Shown: positions 36,749 through 46,721, counted from the stretch's first letter. The stretch: 64,000 nucleotides of DNA from Leptonemataceae bacterium (GCA_965227295.1 OZ245742.1:672001-736000); one strand, 5' to 3'. Notes: generated from the letters alone by a model not told the origin. Numbers and translations: made by a program.

Positions 36749-36996
36749 CCTCCTCCGAACGGCGGGAACACATGGACATGCGTTCCGTCTTCGAGAAGAT
36801 AATCATTCTCCACCATCTCGTCGTCCACCGCAAATCGACAGATCGCAATCAACTGCGCACTGGCCGGCCGTAGTTCCACGAGTGCCCGACTTAGATCTTC
36901 GAGACGGGCAGTGTCCCCGCCGACCTCGATCTCCAGGCTGGCCGGAAAAAAATCCTTCCACCCACCGTATCCGCTCACGACGATCCGGCGCTTCAT
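36745..36996 (-). CDS. moaD: Molybdopterin synthase sulfur carrier
   Basis: 83-aa ubiquitin-like protein, FAVDDE, ends PPFGGG; located in the moa operon. Confidence 0.85.
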   Translation of the reverse strand: MKRRIVVSGYGGWKDFFPASLEIEVGGDTARLEDLSRALVELRPASAQLIAICRFAVDDEMVENDYLLEDGTHVHVFPPFGGG

Positions 36997-37970
36997 CCAC
37001 CGATCTCCTTCATGCTCAGTTCGCTTCCGGTGAAACCGTCGCGGCGTTTGTCGGCGAGCGCCGCGCGCAGAACCGTGCGAATGTCCGCATCATCTTGCGG
37101 CAGGGCGTGGCCCCGGGCCGAACTCAAACAGCCGTAAACGTTGCCTGCGGCGTCCAGGCGCAGGCGATCGCAGTCGCCGCAAAACGGTCGCGAGTGATTC
37201 GCGATGATGCCGAAGATCGCACCGGCGTGCGGTCCGCCGCGCATGCGCCAGTAGCGTGCGGTGGCATGGCTCTCCCGCTGCAGTTCTTCGGCGGCGTCAC
37301 CGTTCAGGACCTCGGCGAGGATTTCCGCTTCGGACAGGAACAACTCCTCGTGATCCTCGCGAACCGGCCCCATGCGCATGAACTCCAGGTAACGAATCGT
37401 TAACTTACGCTCGGCAGAAGCTTCGAAGAGGGGCCGCAGTTCGTGATCGTTGTAGCCGCGCAGCGCCGTGCAGTTCAATTTCACCGCAAGGCCCAAATCC
37501 GCGGCCCGATCTACGGCGGCGAGAACGTCCCGCGGTTCGCCGCGGCCGCCGAGATCCTGGTGGCTTTCCACGCTCAGCGCATCGAGGGAAACGTTGAGGT
37601 CATCCAGGCCGGCCGCCCGCAGTTCGCCGAGGAGCGGCCCGAGGCGGAGACCGTTCGAAGTCAGCGCCACTCTTTCGATACCCAGATCTTTCAGGCCACG
37701 GCAGAGTTCCGCGAGATGCGGATACAGCGTCGGCTCACCGCCGGTGATGCGCACCGTATGAAAGGCATTGGCCCGATGCAGGCGACGAACCGAATCCAGC
37801 AGGGCGCCGGGCTCTGGAAAACGAGCGCGGCTTTCCCCGCTACTCTGCGGGGCGCAGTATCGGCACGCGAAGTTGCACAATGCCGTGACACTAATACGCA
37901 GTGAGCGAAAGTTACGGCCGAGATCGTCCGTTACGTCGACGTCCTGCTCTGTCTTCCAGACGGTATTCAA
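36993..37970 (-). CDS. moaA: GTP 3',8-cyclase
   Basis: LRISVTALCNFACRYC, TGGEP, NVSLD, FCGDCDRLRL...C, C-terminal IGG; TTG start overlaps the moeA stop. Confidence 0.92.
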   Translation of the reverse strand: MNTVWKTEQDVDVTDDLGRNFRSLRISVTALCNFACRYCAPQSSGESRARFPEPGALLDSVRRLHRANAFHTVRITGGEPTLYPHLAELCRGLKDLGIERVALTSNGLRLGPLLGELRAAGLDDLNVSLDALSVESHQDLGGRGEPRDVLAAVDRAADLGLAVKLNCTALRGYNDHELRPLFEASAERKLTIRYLEFMRMGPVREDHEELFLSEAEILAEVLNGDAAEELQRESHATARYWRMRGGPHAGAIFGIIANHSRPFCGDCDRLRLDAAGNVYGCLSSARGHALPQDDADIRTVLRAALADKRRDGFTGSELSMKEIGG

Positions 37971-39193
37971 AACTGCTCCCAGGGAAAATAGCGCACAACG
38001 GCGCCCGCGGCCAGTTCCGATTGCTCCGCCGGATGCAGGGCCAGGCCCGTGGAGCCCAGGCCGGCCCGCACATCCCCGCTGCCGTTGAACGTAACTTCCA
38101 TGAGTTGCATCGCCCCGCTCCCGGTGGGAACCGGGCGGCACGGGAAGAACTCGTGACGCTCTCCTTTCTTGCGACGCCCGCCGGCCAGCGGGAACCGCTG
38201 TACGGGCTCCTCGGGGAAACGGAGCGCGGAACGAAGATAACTTTCCACAAAAATTCGACAGCACGCCTGAACGGAAAACGGATTTCCCGGCAGGCCGAAG
38301 ACCGCCGTGCGTTCGCCCGTTCCAAACCACAGGGGCTTGCCCGGTTTGACGTTGATGCGATGAAAGACGTTACGAATTCCCGCCGACGCCAGGGCCGCCG
38401 GAACAAAGTCTCGATCCCCCATAGAAACACCGCCGGTGAGCAGCAGAAGTTCGGCGGCATAACCTCGCGGGTCCAGGAGTTCACGCAATGCCTCTTCGAT
38501 GGCGCCGCGATCATCGCCGCGGTGTTCCATGCGCGCGTCGACGCCGTAGCGCCGCAATTGCGCGGCAAGCACGAACCCGTTGGACGCACGGATCTGATGC
38601 GCCGCCGGAGTCTGCGCCGGATCCACCAGTTCGTCTCCGGTGGTCAGGATCGCCGTGCGCGGCGGACGGTACACCGTGGGACGCACGGTACCGGTCGTTG
38701 CCAGTACTCCCGTTACCGCGTGATCCACCCGACTGCCTTGCGCGGCCATCACTTCGCGGGCGCGCAGATCTTCGCCGCGGCGAGCGATGTTCCGCCCGGG
38801 TTCCGGCGCATCACACACAAAACGCACGCGTTGATTTTGCTCCGTGCTGTCTTCAATGCGAATCACGGCGTCGAAGCCGGCAGGAACCGGCGCCCCCGTC
38901 ATGATGCGCACGCAGTGGCCCGGCGCGGCCGTGTTTTCCGGTGCCGCCTCGCCGGCGTTCACCACGGCCGCCACGATCAGCTCCCTTCCCGGATCCGCGG
39001 CGAGGTCCGCGCTGCGTACGGCGAAGCCGTCCATCATGGAACGATCAAAGGGCGGGTAATCGCGATCGGCACGCACGTCCGCGGCCAGAACACGACCGAA
39101 AGCGGCATCGTACTTCAGCTCTTCGACATCGGCTAACTTAATGTGATCTTGTACCAAGCGGAGCGCCGCGTGTAGATCCAGGAGTGAACTCAC
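37967..39193 (-). CDS. moeA: Molybdopterin molybdotransferase
   Basis: PPFDRSMMDGFA, RIMTGAPVP, TGDEL, TGGVSMGDRD, KPGKP, GLPGNP. Confidence 0.95.
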   Translation of the reverse strand: MSSLLDLHAALRLVQDHIKLADVEELKYDAAFGRVLAADVRADRDYPPFDRSMMDGFAVRSADLAADPGRELIVAAVVNAGEAAPENTAAPGHCVRIMTGAPVPAGFDAVIRIEDSTEQNQRVRFVCDAPEPGRNIARRGEDLRAREVMAAQGSRVDHAVTGVLATTGTVRPTVYRPPRTAILTTGDELVDPAQTPAAHQIRASNGFVLAAQLRRYGVDARMEHRGDDRGAIEEALRELLDPRGYAAELLLLTGGVSMGDRDFVPAALASAGIRNVFHRINVKPGKPLWFGTGERTAVFGLPGNPFSVQACCRIFVESYLRSALRFPEEPVQRFPLAGGRRKKGERHEFFPCRPVPTGSGAMQLMEVTFNGSGDVRAGLGSTGLALHPAEQSELAAGAVVRYFPWEQF

Positions 39194-39633
39194 CGGCGAT
39201 CGATCTCCGGATGATGAAAGTCCCCGCTCTTGCCGCCGGTCTTGCTTTCGAGTAAAAGGCCTTCGACGACCATGGTTTTGTCGACGGGCTTGAGCAGATC
39301 GTAGACCGTCAGCAGGGCCACACTGACGGCGGTCATCGCTTCCATCTCCGGACCGGTCCGCGCCAGGCAACGCACGGTCACGCGACACAGAACGCCGTCG
39401 CCCTCCGTTTCGAAGTTCACGGCGGTTTCTTCGATGGGTACCGGATGGCAGTGCGGAATCAGGGCCGGCGTTTGTTTCGCGGCCAGAAGCGCGGCCGCCC
39501 GGGCCACGTCGAAGAGATTGCCCTTGGGCAGGCGTCCCTCACGAATGCGGGCAACCGTTTCCGGCAGACACTGTAACCGGCCGCGGGCAACAGCGGTACG
39601 CAGCGTTACGGTTTTTTCGCTGATGTCGATCAT
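39190..39633 (-). CDS. moaC: Cyclic pyranopterin monophosphate synthase
   Basis: MIDISEK..TLRTA, LIPHCHP, TGPEMEA, YDLLK, KTGGKSG. Confidence 0.95.
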   Translation of the reverse strand: MIDISEKTVTLRTAVARGRLQCLPETVARIREGRLPKGNLFDVARAAALLAAKQTPALIPHCHPVPIEETAVNFETEGDGVLCRVTVRCLARTGPEMEAMTAVSVALLTVYDLLKPVDKTMVVEGLLLESKTGGKSGDFHHPEIDRR

Positions 39634-39769
39634 GCTGCTACAGAATCCAGGCGCAGCATCTTCCACGCAAGCAGAAGATGAGACCGTGTCTGAGAGTACG
39701 TCTCAGCTCCGCCTCACCTTAACAGCGAGTACCGGCTTGCCATCCCAACGCGGCGCAAAACGATCCACC

Positions 39770-41194
39770 ATGCTCTCGTCCGTGGATCTGGCCTCCCTGC
39801 TGCGTAAGTACGATGCTCCGGCGCCGCGCTATACCAGCTATCCCCCCGCCCCGGCCTTCCGAAACGACTTCGACGCCGTCGACTACGCCACGCTTCTCCG
39901 CGAGGCATCGCATCATAAAAATCCACTGTCACTCTACGTGCACATTCCCTTCTGCCGGAATGTTTGTTGGTTCTGCGCATGCAACGTCGTCTATACGGCC
40001 AATCGCAAACGTTGCAGCCCGTATCTCGATCTTGTACGCCGGGAGATGCAACTCGCAGCGGAACACCTGCACGGCGGATCACGCCAGGTCCGGCAGTTGC
40101 ACTGGGGCGGAGGCACGCCGACCTTTCTCGCACCGGAAGAAATTCTTCGTTTGTTCGCGGACATCGAGGCGTTCTTCGAGACGGCGCCCCGGGCCGACCG
40201 GGAATTCAGCGTAGAACTGGATCCGCGCGAAACTACGGCCGAACACGTAGCCGCTCTACGAAAATGCGGCTTTACCCGGGCATCTCTGGGCATTCAGGAT
40301 TTCGATCCGGACGTGCAGTCGGCGGTGCATCGCGTTCAGCCTTTCGAACAAACGGCGGAACTTGCGGACACGTTGCGCAATAGTGGTTTTCGCAGCATCA
40401 ACGCCGACCTCATCTACGGCCTGCCCCTCCAGGAGTTAAGTCGTTTTGAACGCACATTAAGAAAAGTAACGCAAATCCGGCCCGATCGCGTGTCCCTGTT
40501 TCACTTTGCGTATCTGCCGGAGCTCAAGAAACACCAGAAGAACATCCGCGCCGACGACATCCCGACCCCCGGAACGCGCCTCCGACTCTTTGAGCTGGCC
40601 GTAGAGATTCTTACCGCCGAGGGTTATGTGCACATCGGCATGGACCACTTCGCGCTGCCCGGCGACGAACTCGCCGTAGCCCAACGCGAGCGCCGGCTGC
40701 ACCGCAACTTTCAGGGCTACACGACCATGCCGGACGCGGACCTGCTCGGTTTCGGCGTATCATCCATAGGCGCCCTGGCAGGAAACGACGGGAGCCGGGC
40801 GGCCTACATTCAGAACGCGAAAGATCTAAGTGACTACGAGCAGCGATTAATCCGCGGAGCACTGCCCGTAATGCGGGGCCTGATTCTGAGCGATGCCGAT
40901 CGCTTGCGCCGGCATATCATCAACGAATTGATCTGCCACTTTGAATTGCACTTCCGCGCGGTAGAATCGCGTTTCGGCGACGTGCTGCATGACGATTTCG
41001 TGCGGTGTTTCGCGGGTGAACTCAACGCCCTGGAAGATTTCGAACGCGACGGCCTCGTGCACGTGGATCGCACGGGCGGGCGCATCGAAGTCACCCGCGC
41101 CGGCCGCTTCGTGGTACGTCACATTTGCGCCGTATTCGATGCGTACGCGCAGCAACTCGCGGAAGCCGGGCAGCGGTTCAGCAAGGTTTTGTGA
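39770..41194 (+). CDS. hemN: Oxygen-independent coproporphyrinogen III oxidase
   Basis: PRYTSYP, YVHIPFCRNVCWFCAC, HWGGGTPT, GMDHFA, RNFQGYT, C-terminal FSKVL. Confidence 0.95.
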   Translation: MLSSVDLASLLRKYDAPAPRYTSYPPAPAFRNDFDAVDYATLLREASHHKNPLSLYVHIPFCRNVCWFCACNVVYTANRKRCSPYLDLVRREMQLAAEHLHGGSRQVRQLHWGGGTPTFLAPEEILRLFADIEAFFETAPRADREFSVELDPRETTAEHVAALRKCGFTRASLGIQDFDPDVQSAVHRVQPFEQTAELADTLRNSGFRSINADLIYGLPLQELSRFERTLRKVTQIRPDRVSLFHFAYLPELKKHQKNIRADDIPTPGTRLRLFELAVEILTAEGYVHIGMDHFALPGDELAVAQRERRLHRNFQGYTTMPDADLLGFGVSSIGALAGNDGSRAAYIQNAKDLSDYEQRLIRGALPVMRGLILSDADRLRRHIINELICHFELHFRAVESRFGDVLHDDFVRCFAGELNALEDFERDGLVHVDRTGGRIEVTRAGRFVVRHICAVFDAYAQQLAEAGQRFSKVL

Positions 41195-41195
41195 T

Positions 41196-41762
41196 TCAAT
41201 CGCGCTTGCGAAACATTTCCTGCCAGTAGGCGACCTCGTCTGCACCGAGTTCGACGTCGACGTCTTTGTCAGCATCCTCGTCTTTGCGTTTGCGATTCTT
41301 GCGCAGCTCGCTGCGCCCCGGACGATCATCCAGCAATCCGCCGCCCAGGAAATCATCCACCCACAACGCAAACTCGTCCGAAGTCTTGCGATGGCAGCGA
41401 TGCTTGCGCGCGTAGTCGAGGACCTCTTTGTCACTGGAAACCACCGTCACCTCTCCCGGCGACGCTACGGACTTCAGAAACTCGCGGATCAGATGATCGG
41501 CGCTGAGATCGTGGGAATAGTAGAGTTGCAATCCGCCGAGCTGCAGGCGCCTGGTTTCGTCACCGGCCTTGCGTTTGCCGTCAAAGAATACGTGCAGTTC
41601 CGGGAGGCGTTTGCCGCGCTTCACCTTGCCGTGCTCGCTGCGCAGACGAGTGAGGACATCGGTAAGACCGCGCATGGCCTGTTCCAGTTGCCCGCGATAC
41701 ATGTGCTCTTCGAGTTCGGGGAACTTATAGATCAAATTAAACGCGTCGATAACGTAGATCAT
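41196..41762 (-). CDS. YacP-like NYN-domain ribonuclease
   Basis: VIDAFNLI, VFFDG, SADHLI, VVSSDKE. Confidence 0.85.
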   Translation of the reverse strand: MIYVIDAFNLIYKFPELEEHMYRGQLEQAMRGLTDVLTRLRSEHGKVKRGKRLPELHVFFDGKRKAGDETRRLQLGGLQLYYSHDLSADHLIREFLKSVASPGEVTVVSSDKEVLDYARKHRCHRKTSDEFALWVDDFLGGGLLDDRPGRSELRKNRKRKDEDADKDVDVELGADEVAYWQEMFRKRD

Positions 41763-42199
41763 GATTCCCGCCGCCAGGTTTCTTTGTACCCGAACTTCAC
41801 CGCGTTGTCGGTAAATTTTATGAAGTCCGGCACAAACTTCCAGAACGTGGCGCCAGGGACATTCCGCGCGTACGGAAAGGCATCGTAGTAGGCCGCCCGA
41901 TCCTGATCCGCGCCTTCGTCAAGTTCCTGGATCAATCCGGTGCACTGCACGCCGCGAATCTCCGCCACGTTCGCCGCATCCGAGGGCTCCGCGTAAATCG
42001 TCACCGCCGCGCGCGGGTCGGACGTCATTTCCTGAGCATGCCTGGTTTTTTTATCCGACAGAAATACGAGCGCCGGCTCGTTTGCCCGGAAGACGTAATA
42101 GACGTTACAGGCATACGGCCCGGCCACGGAGAGAGTGGACAGCGAAAGCACAAAACGAGATTCAAGAAATGCGCTGATACCGGACGGGAGGGCGGACAC
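41759..42199 (-). CDS. Pyridoxamine 5'-phosphate oxidase-like (YhbP-type) protein
   Basis: VLSLST, PYACNVYY, SDKKTRH, IRGVQ, IKFTDN..FGYKETW. Confidence 0.85.
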   Translation of the reverse strand: MSALPSGISAFLESRFVLSLSTLSVAGPYACNVYYVFRANEPALVFLSDKKTRHAQEMTSDPRAAVTIYAEPSDAANVAEIRGVQCTGLIQELDEGADQDRAAYYDAFPYARNVPGATFWKFVPDFIKFTDNAVKFGYKETWRRES

Positions 42200-42207
42200 G
42201 TGGCCGG

Positions 42208-42236
42208 ATAGTAAGAGTTGCTGCGTGGATTGTCAA
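42208..42236 (-). promoter_or_regulatory. sigma70 promoter, near-leaderless
   Basis: TTGACA-17nt-TACTAT, 8 nt upstream of the GTG start at 42199. Confidence 0.7.
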
Positions 42237-42246
42237 CTGTAATGAC

Positions 42247-44040
42247 TCAGCCGTCCAACGGCTGACCGCTCTTCGAGAAGTACCCCGCCGGTTTGTCCAC
42301 GGACCACATGTGAAAGTACGTGCCGTCCGGCATCGTGAAACGCCGTTGCCCGCTCGCCCAATTGATGATTACATAGCCGCCCCTGTGCATGGACGTTTCC
42401 TCGGGTCGCACATAGACCTTGAAATCCTTTCCGTAGACCATATAGATCGATTTGTCCTTCCACACGAACACGCCGTGACCCTCACCCGTTCGCATCGTAA
42501 GATCAGACGCACCGTAGAAATTTTCGATGCCGGCGATTTCGAAGGGCGTCTGGATGTCGGGCACCATCGTAATCGAACGCAGGTCTTTCGGCAACAGCGG
42601 CGGAGTGCGATCGGCGGACGGCCAGGCGAAGGCAAGCTCGTGCAACCCGTCAATGCTCCAATCGTGAAACCGCGCTTCCAGGCGCGGTCGTTGTTCCTGA
42701 AAGTACCGCAAGGATTCGGCGTAGACCTCCGCCGGCGAAAGTCCCGTGAGTCCGCGCATGGCCTGGCGCGCCCGGGTTCCCAGGCACGTGGCGTCATAGT
42801 ACTTGCGGACGTTATCCCCCCCGTACCGTTCGACGAGAAAATAGATCATCATGCGCCCGAAGATGTAAGCCCGGCGATTGCCGTAGTCCAGTTGCTCGAA
42901 AGAAGGCGGGCCCCCGCGATCCGTGCGCTCGTAGAACTCACGCATCATGGCCGTCCGCTGCCGTGCGTCGGAACGCATGACCGCGTAGTCCGCAATGCCT
43001 TCAATGAACCAGTGTCCCGGATGTTCCTCCGGCGGCAGATCGCCGCGGCCGTCCCGACGGGCGTAACAGTAGTTCTGCTGAAGATTGTGCGTAACTTCAT
43101 GTAGAATGACATTAAAGTTATCCGCCCGGCGCAGGGCCTCGGCGCGTGCCGGATTCGACTCCGGCGGCGGCTGTAAATCGCCGCAGCACATGACGACGCC
43201 GAACATTCCGCCGTAACCACCGGGACCGGCGGAACGATTGTTGGCATGCGTGCGAAACGAACCCAGCTCGGGAAACATGCGCACGGGAACACGGCCGGGG
43301 TGTCGAAAGCCAAAGCTTTCTTCCATGTACCTTAAGAAATCGTCGAAGCGATCGTAGCGCGCGAAGTGTTCGACGTGCCGGGCCCAGGGCTGCGAGTATT
43401 GCAAGCGGAGGATGCCCACGTCCCGCTGAAGCGGATACAGCTTCGCATCCGGAGCGGTCATCTGAAAGGCCTGGCTCCGGCCGTCGCTCACACGCGTGTA
43501 AAAAAACTCGAAGTTACCCGTGCGCGGGTGCCGGGACTTACGGATCTGCGCCCTGTCGGGGAACGTCCAGTACCACCAGCCCTGCGCCGCGCCGTCGCCG
43601 TACTGTACAATCTGGTGGCCGGCCTGCTGATCCTCAACGGTCCAGGTTCCGTTGGGGTACTGAATAAAACGAGCGCCGGTCTGCATATCCCAGGCATAAT
43701 GTGACCGGCTCCACTGATACACCCGCCCGCCGTCCGGCCCGGAATAGGCGCCGGCTTTGTCGCGGTAGCGGCCGAAGTCCAGGGCGAAGTGACGCTGCTC
43801 CGGAAAAACCAGAGCCGCGGCGTCGCCTGGCTCGGTGGGAGCTTGCGCCGGTAGTTTCTTGAAGTCAAAATCAAGGCGGCCGCTACCCGCGTCGGCGAAG
43901 TCGAGGGCCGGTCCCAGGTCCCCACGCGCCGTAGTCGGTACGGGACTCTGCGGCGCGGAGAACCGCGGGACCGGAACGCTTTCCGCGAATAGCGGGATGG
44001 CTACGCAGATAGCAGCCGACAGGGCCAGGCGTTTCCTCAT
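42247..44040 (-). CDS. Exported gluzincin-type zinc metallopeptidase (peptidase MA-like)
   Basis: Signal peptide; HEVTH...WFIEGIADY; Y..G.MMIYFL.E.YG. Confidence 0.8.
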   Translation of the reverse strand: MRKRLALSAAICVAIPLFAESVPVPRFSAPQSPVPTTARGDLGPALDFADAGSGRLDFDFKKLPAQAPTEPGDAAALVFPEQRHFALDFGRYRDKAGAYSGPDGGRVYQWSRSHYAWDMQTGARFIQYPNGTWTVEDQQAGHQIVQYGDGAAQGWWYWTFPDRAQIRKSRHPRTGNFEFFYTRVSDGRSQAFQMTAPDAKLYPLQRDVGILRLQYSQPWARHVEHFARYDRFDDFLRYMEESFGFRHPGRVPVRMFPELGSFRTHANNRSAGPGGYGGMFGVVMCCGDLQPPPESNPARAEALRRADNFNVILHEVTHNLQQNYCYARRDGRGDLPPEEHPGHWFIEGIADYAVMRSDARQRTAMMREFYERTDRGGPPSFEQLDYGNRRAYIFGRMMIYFLVERYGGDNVRKYYDATCLGTRARQAMRGLTGLSPAEVYAESLRYFQEQRPRLEARFHDWSIDGLHELAFAWPSADRTPPLLPKDLRSITMVPDIQTPFEIAGIENFYGASDLTMRTGEGHGVFVWKDKSIYMVYGKDFKVYVRPEETSMHRGGYVIINWASGQRRFTMPDGTYFHMWSVDKPAGYFSKSGQPLDG

Positions 44041-44082
44041 GCCGTATTGGACGCCAGGGCCGTTCGAACGGCAATGAATAAA

Positions 44083-44793
44083 TCACTCCTTCGGGCTGAA
44101 CTGCGCGATCTTTAGATCGAGTACGTACAGAATGTCCCGAAGATAGCCCAGCACCCGCCGCATGGCCCGCAAACGAACCGGGCCGTCCATATCGTTCAGG
44201 CTCACCGCATGCTTGCGGCCCGGCACCACGGTTTCAAAAACAATGTCGAATTCATCGCCGGCCGCGGCGTTTTCCGCATGGGCCATCGTCGCCTGCACCC
44301 GGGCAATGCGGCGGGTCCACTGCTCCGGCCGCTCATCGTGGCGCACAAACGAATCGACGATGACACAACGCAACGGGCCGGGGCCCGCCTCCGTGGCGGC
44401 ACTGTAGCGTACCGCCGCCGTACGGCGCTCGTGGAACAAACCCAGGTTACTGCGCTGAAAGGCCAGGTCTTCCAGCACGACGATGTGCCGTTCCGGCGTT
44501 AGATTTCGCTGAAGTAACATTAAGCGCCGGTGCTTCGCTTCCAGCTCACGGAGTAACGTGCGGCCTTCGTTCTCCAGGGAACGCAGTTGCCGTTGCTCGT
44601 GCGGCTCGTACTCGTGGCGTACGCGAGGAGATTCAAACGGGGCTTCCGTCGCGCAGACGTGCAGCGGATCCGGACCGCTGGTCAGAACAATGTCACCGTT
44701 GCGGCCGGAAGTCGGCGTCGCGCGATCCGTACCGGGCCGCAGCGCGGCGAAAACCAGCACGACGGCACCCAGGAATCCGACGAACGTCCTCAT
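44083..44793 (-). CDS. Hypothetical protein with N-terminal membrane anchor
   Basis: ATGA-coupled to the desaturase; hydrophobic N-terminus followed by a coiled coil. Confidence 0.55.
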   Translation of the reverse strand: MRTFVGFLGAVVLVFAALRPGTDRATPTSGRNGDIVLTSGPDPLHVCATEAPFESPRVRHEYEPHEQRQLRSLENEGRTLLRELEAKHRRLMLLQRNLTPERHIVVLEDLAFQRSNLGLFHERRTAAVRYSAATEAGPGPLRCVIVDSFVRHDERPEQWTRRIARVQATMAHAENAAAGDEFDIVFETVVPGRKHAVSLNDMDGPVRLRAMRRVLGYLRDILYVLDLKIAQFSPKE

Positions 44794-45899
44794 GACGCGT
44801 CTTTGTTCAGAGCCTGGCCGGCGCTCTGATAATAGACCGTATGCGCATTGCCGTCCACGTAGTGACACGTGCGCATGGAATGAAACCAACCTTTCCAGAA
44901 CGAACCCTTCGCCTCGCGATAAAACTCACCGAGCACCGGCTTCAGCGCTTCGGTGGCCCGGCGCAGGTTGTAGTGCGGAACGTTGATGAAGAGATGATGC
45001 ACGATGTGTGTGCCGATGTTATGATGGATCTCGTTCAACACGCCGTAGTCCCGGTCCACCGTGGACAGCGCGCCTTTTACAAAGTTCCATTCTCCGTTTC
45101 GGTACCAGGGGACGTCCGGATCGGTATGATGCAGGTACGTCACGAGGTCCAGCCAGGAGATGAACACGAGGTACGGGCCGATGTAGTACTTCAGCAAGGC
45201 CATCGCGCCGAACTCATACGTAAACCAGCCGAGGCCGCCCAAAAACGCAAAGTACCAGAGCGAACTCGTTAACACGTCCCACTTCTCCGACGCCTTAAAC
45301 AGATCACTTCCCGGCCAGAAATGCGAGCCGTCCAGGCGCGGCGACCTTCGCCACAGATAAAACGGAAAGAGAAGCAACATCAGCGGAGAGAAGCGCAAGA
45401 TGCGAATAACGAACGGCGTATCACGATACTCGTTCTCCGTCAGCGGATACCAGGCTTCCTCGCGATCGGCGTTGCCGGTCAGTGAATGATGCGTGCGATG
45501 CGAAATGCGCCAGCCGTGATACGGCACGAGCAACGGTGAATGACAGATGTGACCGATGATGCTGTTCAACAGACGACTGCGAGAAAACGAACCGTGGCCG
45601 GCGTCATGGCCGACGACGAAGAGCGCCCAGAACATGGTGCCCTGTAACAACCAGAAAGCCGGCCAGAAATACCAGGAATCCAATCGCCAGGCGACCCAGT
45701 AGAGCACGGCCACGACGGCCCAGTCGAAGAAAAAGAAGTACAGGGATTTCCATACCACCGGCCGGAAACAGTCGGCGGGGATGGCGGACTTGAGTTGCAG
45801 TAGAGTGAACGGTATTTGAACGGTTTCGTTATCGGCGCGCGGAGGCAGTTGCGGTGATGAATAGCTCTGTGCCGGCGCGGGAGCGAGAGTCGGTTGCAT
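44790..45899 (-). CDS. Omega-3 (delta15)/delta12-type membrane fatty acid desaturase, DesB/FAD3-like
   Basis: PFTL..LK.AIP..CF, QGTMFWALFVVGHDAGHGSFS, WRISHRTHH, WLDLVTYLHH, DRDYG, HHNIGTHIVHH. Confidence 0.9.
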   Translation of the reverse strand: MQPTLAPAPAQSYSSPQLPPRADNETVQIPFTLLQLKSAIPADCFRPVVWKSLYFFFFDWAVVAVLYWVAWRLDSWYFWPAFWLLQGTMFWALFVVGHDAGHGSFSRSRLLNSIIGHICHSPLLVPYHGWRISHRTHHSLTGNADREEAWYPLTENEYRDTPFVIRILRFSPLMLLLFPFYLWRRSPRLDGSHFWPGSDLFKASEKWDVLTSSLWYFAFLGGLGWFTYEFGAMALLKYYIGPYLVFISWLDLVTYLHHTDPDVPWYRNGEWNFVKGALSTVDRDYGVLNEIHHNIGTHIVHHLFINVPHYNLRRATEALKPVLGEFYREAKGSFWKGWFHSMRTCHYVDGNAHTVYYQSAGQALNKDAS

Positions 45900-45980
45900 T
45901 CGGCGGCCCCGTAGAGAATGAGATTGGGAATCTATTTGTATTGGAGGAGCAAGCCTCGAATTTCGGCGACAGAGCGCAAG

Positions 45981-46721
45981 TCATTCCCGGGGACCGGTAC
46001 CCATGCGGGCTTCGTACTCGGCACGGTACCGCGGATGGTAGAGCAACAATTCCTCGTGGAGTTTCGCGGCGGAGAGCTGGCCCGGAGCGTTCGGTTGATC
46101 CAGGAAACCATAGGTCAGCACCGATCCGGAGAAGGGCGCCGCGATACGAGACAACAGGCCCTCGGGCCCCATCGCGATCGTAACGAGCTGCGGGAAATCG
46201 CATTCCCGTGTGAAGGCTAGCAAGTCGAGGAGATCCACCCGGCTGCCGGCAAAAACTGCCAGCTTGATGATGTCCGCGCCGAGGTCACGGCTCTCCCCGA
46301 CGATGGCCTCCAGTTCCGAACGAGACGGCGTCCGTTCGAAGTCGTGCACCGATACAATGACCAGGCGCTCCTTGCTTCTGGCCGTATCGATCAAGGACTG
46401 GCGCAACGGGGACTCGAATTCGACATCGATGCAATGGACGAAGTCCAGCAGGCGCTCAAAGATTGCAAGGCGGCGGTCGCGGTTGGCATCGTTTTCCCGC
46501 ACGGTGCCGATCAAAGCAAAGTCCGCCAGGTCCGGCCGGCGACTGTCTTCCTCGAGGCGGTCAAGAAGCTGCGGATCCTCCGGAAAGGCGTCCACGCGAA
46601 ACTCCAGTGCGGTGGCACCGTTCCGCCGCACACCCACGAGCTCTTCCGGAGACAACAGCCGCTCGACGATGGCGACGATGTGTGGAATCTCTTCTCCCAG
46701 AACGATCGGACCGAGCTGCAT
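45981..46721 (-). CDS. aroD: Type I 3-dehydroquinate dehydratase
   Basis: LEFRVD, IDVE, SVHDFERTP, ADIIKLAV, IAMG..G.LSR, NAPGQL. Confidence 0.92.
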   Translation of the reverse strand: MQLGPIVLGEEIPHIVAIVERLLSPEELVGVRRNGATALEFRVDAFPEDPQLLDRLEEDSRRPDLADFALIGTVRENDANRDRRLAIFERLLDFVHCIDVEFESPLRQSLIDTARSKERLVIVSVHDFERTPSRSELEAIVGESRDLGADIIKLAVFAGSRVDLLDLLAFTRECDFPQLVTIAMGPEGLLSRIAAPFSGSVLTYGFLDQPNAPGQLSAAKLHEELLLYHPRYRAEYEARMGTGPRE

